Source: Rotaria socialis (taxonomy: Eukaryota). Taken from it: a stretch of DNA of 35,368 nt. The stretch is taken from the NCBI GenBank assembly GCA_905331295.1, contig CAJNYD010000373.1, positions 124,001-159,368 of the forward strand, in the 5' to 3' direction. The translations under genes were made by a program, and so were the position numbers. Below the pieces are notes generated by a model. It searched no databases and was not told where the DNA came from. It worked only from the letters and a program-made list of their open reading frames with translations. Positions 35,095-35,368 of this stretch are shown here, piece after piece; the stretch's first letter is position 1, and each line of letters begins with the position of its first letter.

Positions 35095-35320
35095 GTCAAA
35101 ATGTGTATTAAAAAAGTTTGCAGCAACATTTATTGTTGAATTGTTTTTATTGAAATGGTTAGTAGTTACGATATGGAAATGTCGAGTATAATATAAGAAA
35201 AGAATAGAAAAGTTACTTTAGACGCAAGGGGCAAAAAACTATTTGAAAAAAAAAGAAAAAAAGAAGTCAAATGTGTATTAAAAGTTATAATGATGATCAT
35301 AGTTATTGTATTGTTTTTAT
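35095..35320 (+). repeat. Imperfect direct repeat of ~55 bp, two copies about 170 nt apart
   Basis: GTCAAAATGTGTATTAAAAAAGTT...TTGTTTTTAT (35095-35150) versus GTCAAATGTGTATTAAAAGTT...TTGTTTTTAT (35266-35320). Confidence 0.55.
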
Positions 35321-35368
35321 GTAAGTGATGGATAGTCTGGTTTTATGCAGAGGAAATTAGATCGCGGC

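Overview
AT-rich eukaryotic (animal) genomic DNA with dense genes and many 45-70 nt GT-AG introns. The style suggests a bdelloid rotifer, but this is inference only. Eight protein-coding genes were reconstructed by hand: the 5' part of VPS13D (-), an M6/proteolipid tetraspan gene (-), a SPIN90/NCKIPSD-like gene without SH3 (+), PSMD11/Rpn6 (+), ESF1 (-), NDUFA2 (-), a ~34-exon trifunctional CAD (-), and a secreted ependymin/At4g14100-like protein (+). One CAD intron holds a 126-bp hAT-type MITE with terminal inverted repeats and a perfect 8-bp target-site duplication. The most interesting signal is two co-oriented gene runs with 161-223 nt spacers and 3' splice acceptors just before the ATGs, which may be SL-trans-spliced operons. 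Also notable are a VPS13D that seems to lack its UBA domain, altered CAD phosphoregulatory sites, and a candidate horizontally acquired secreted gene. No tRNA, rRNA or CRISPR array was seen.
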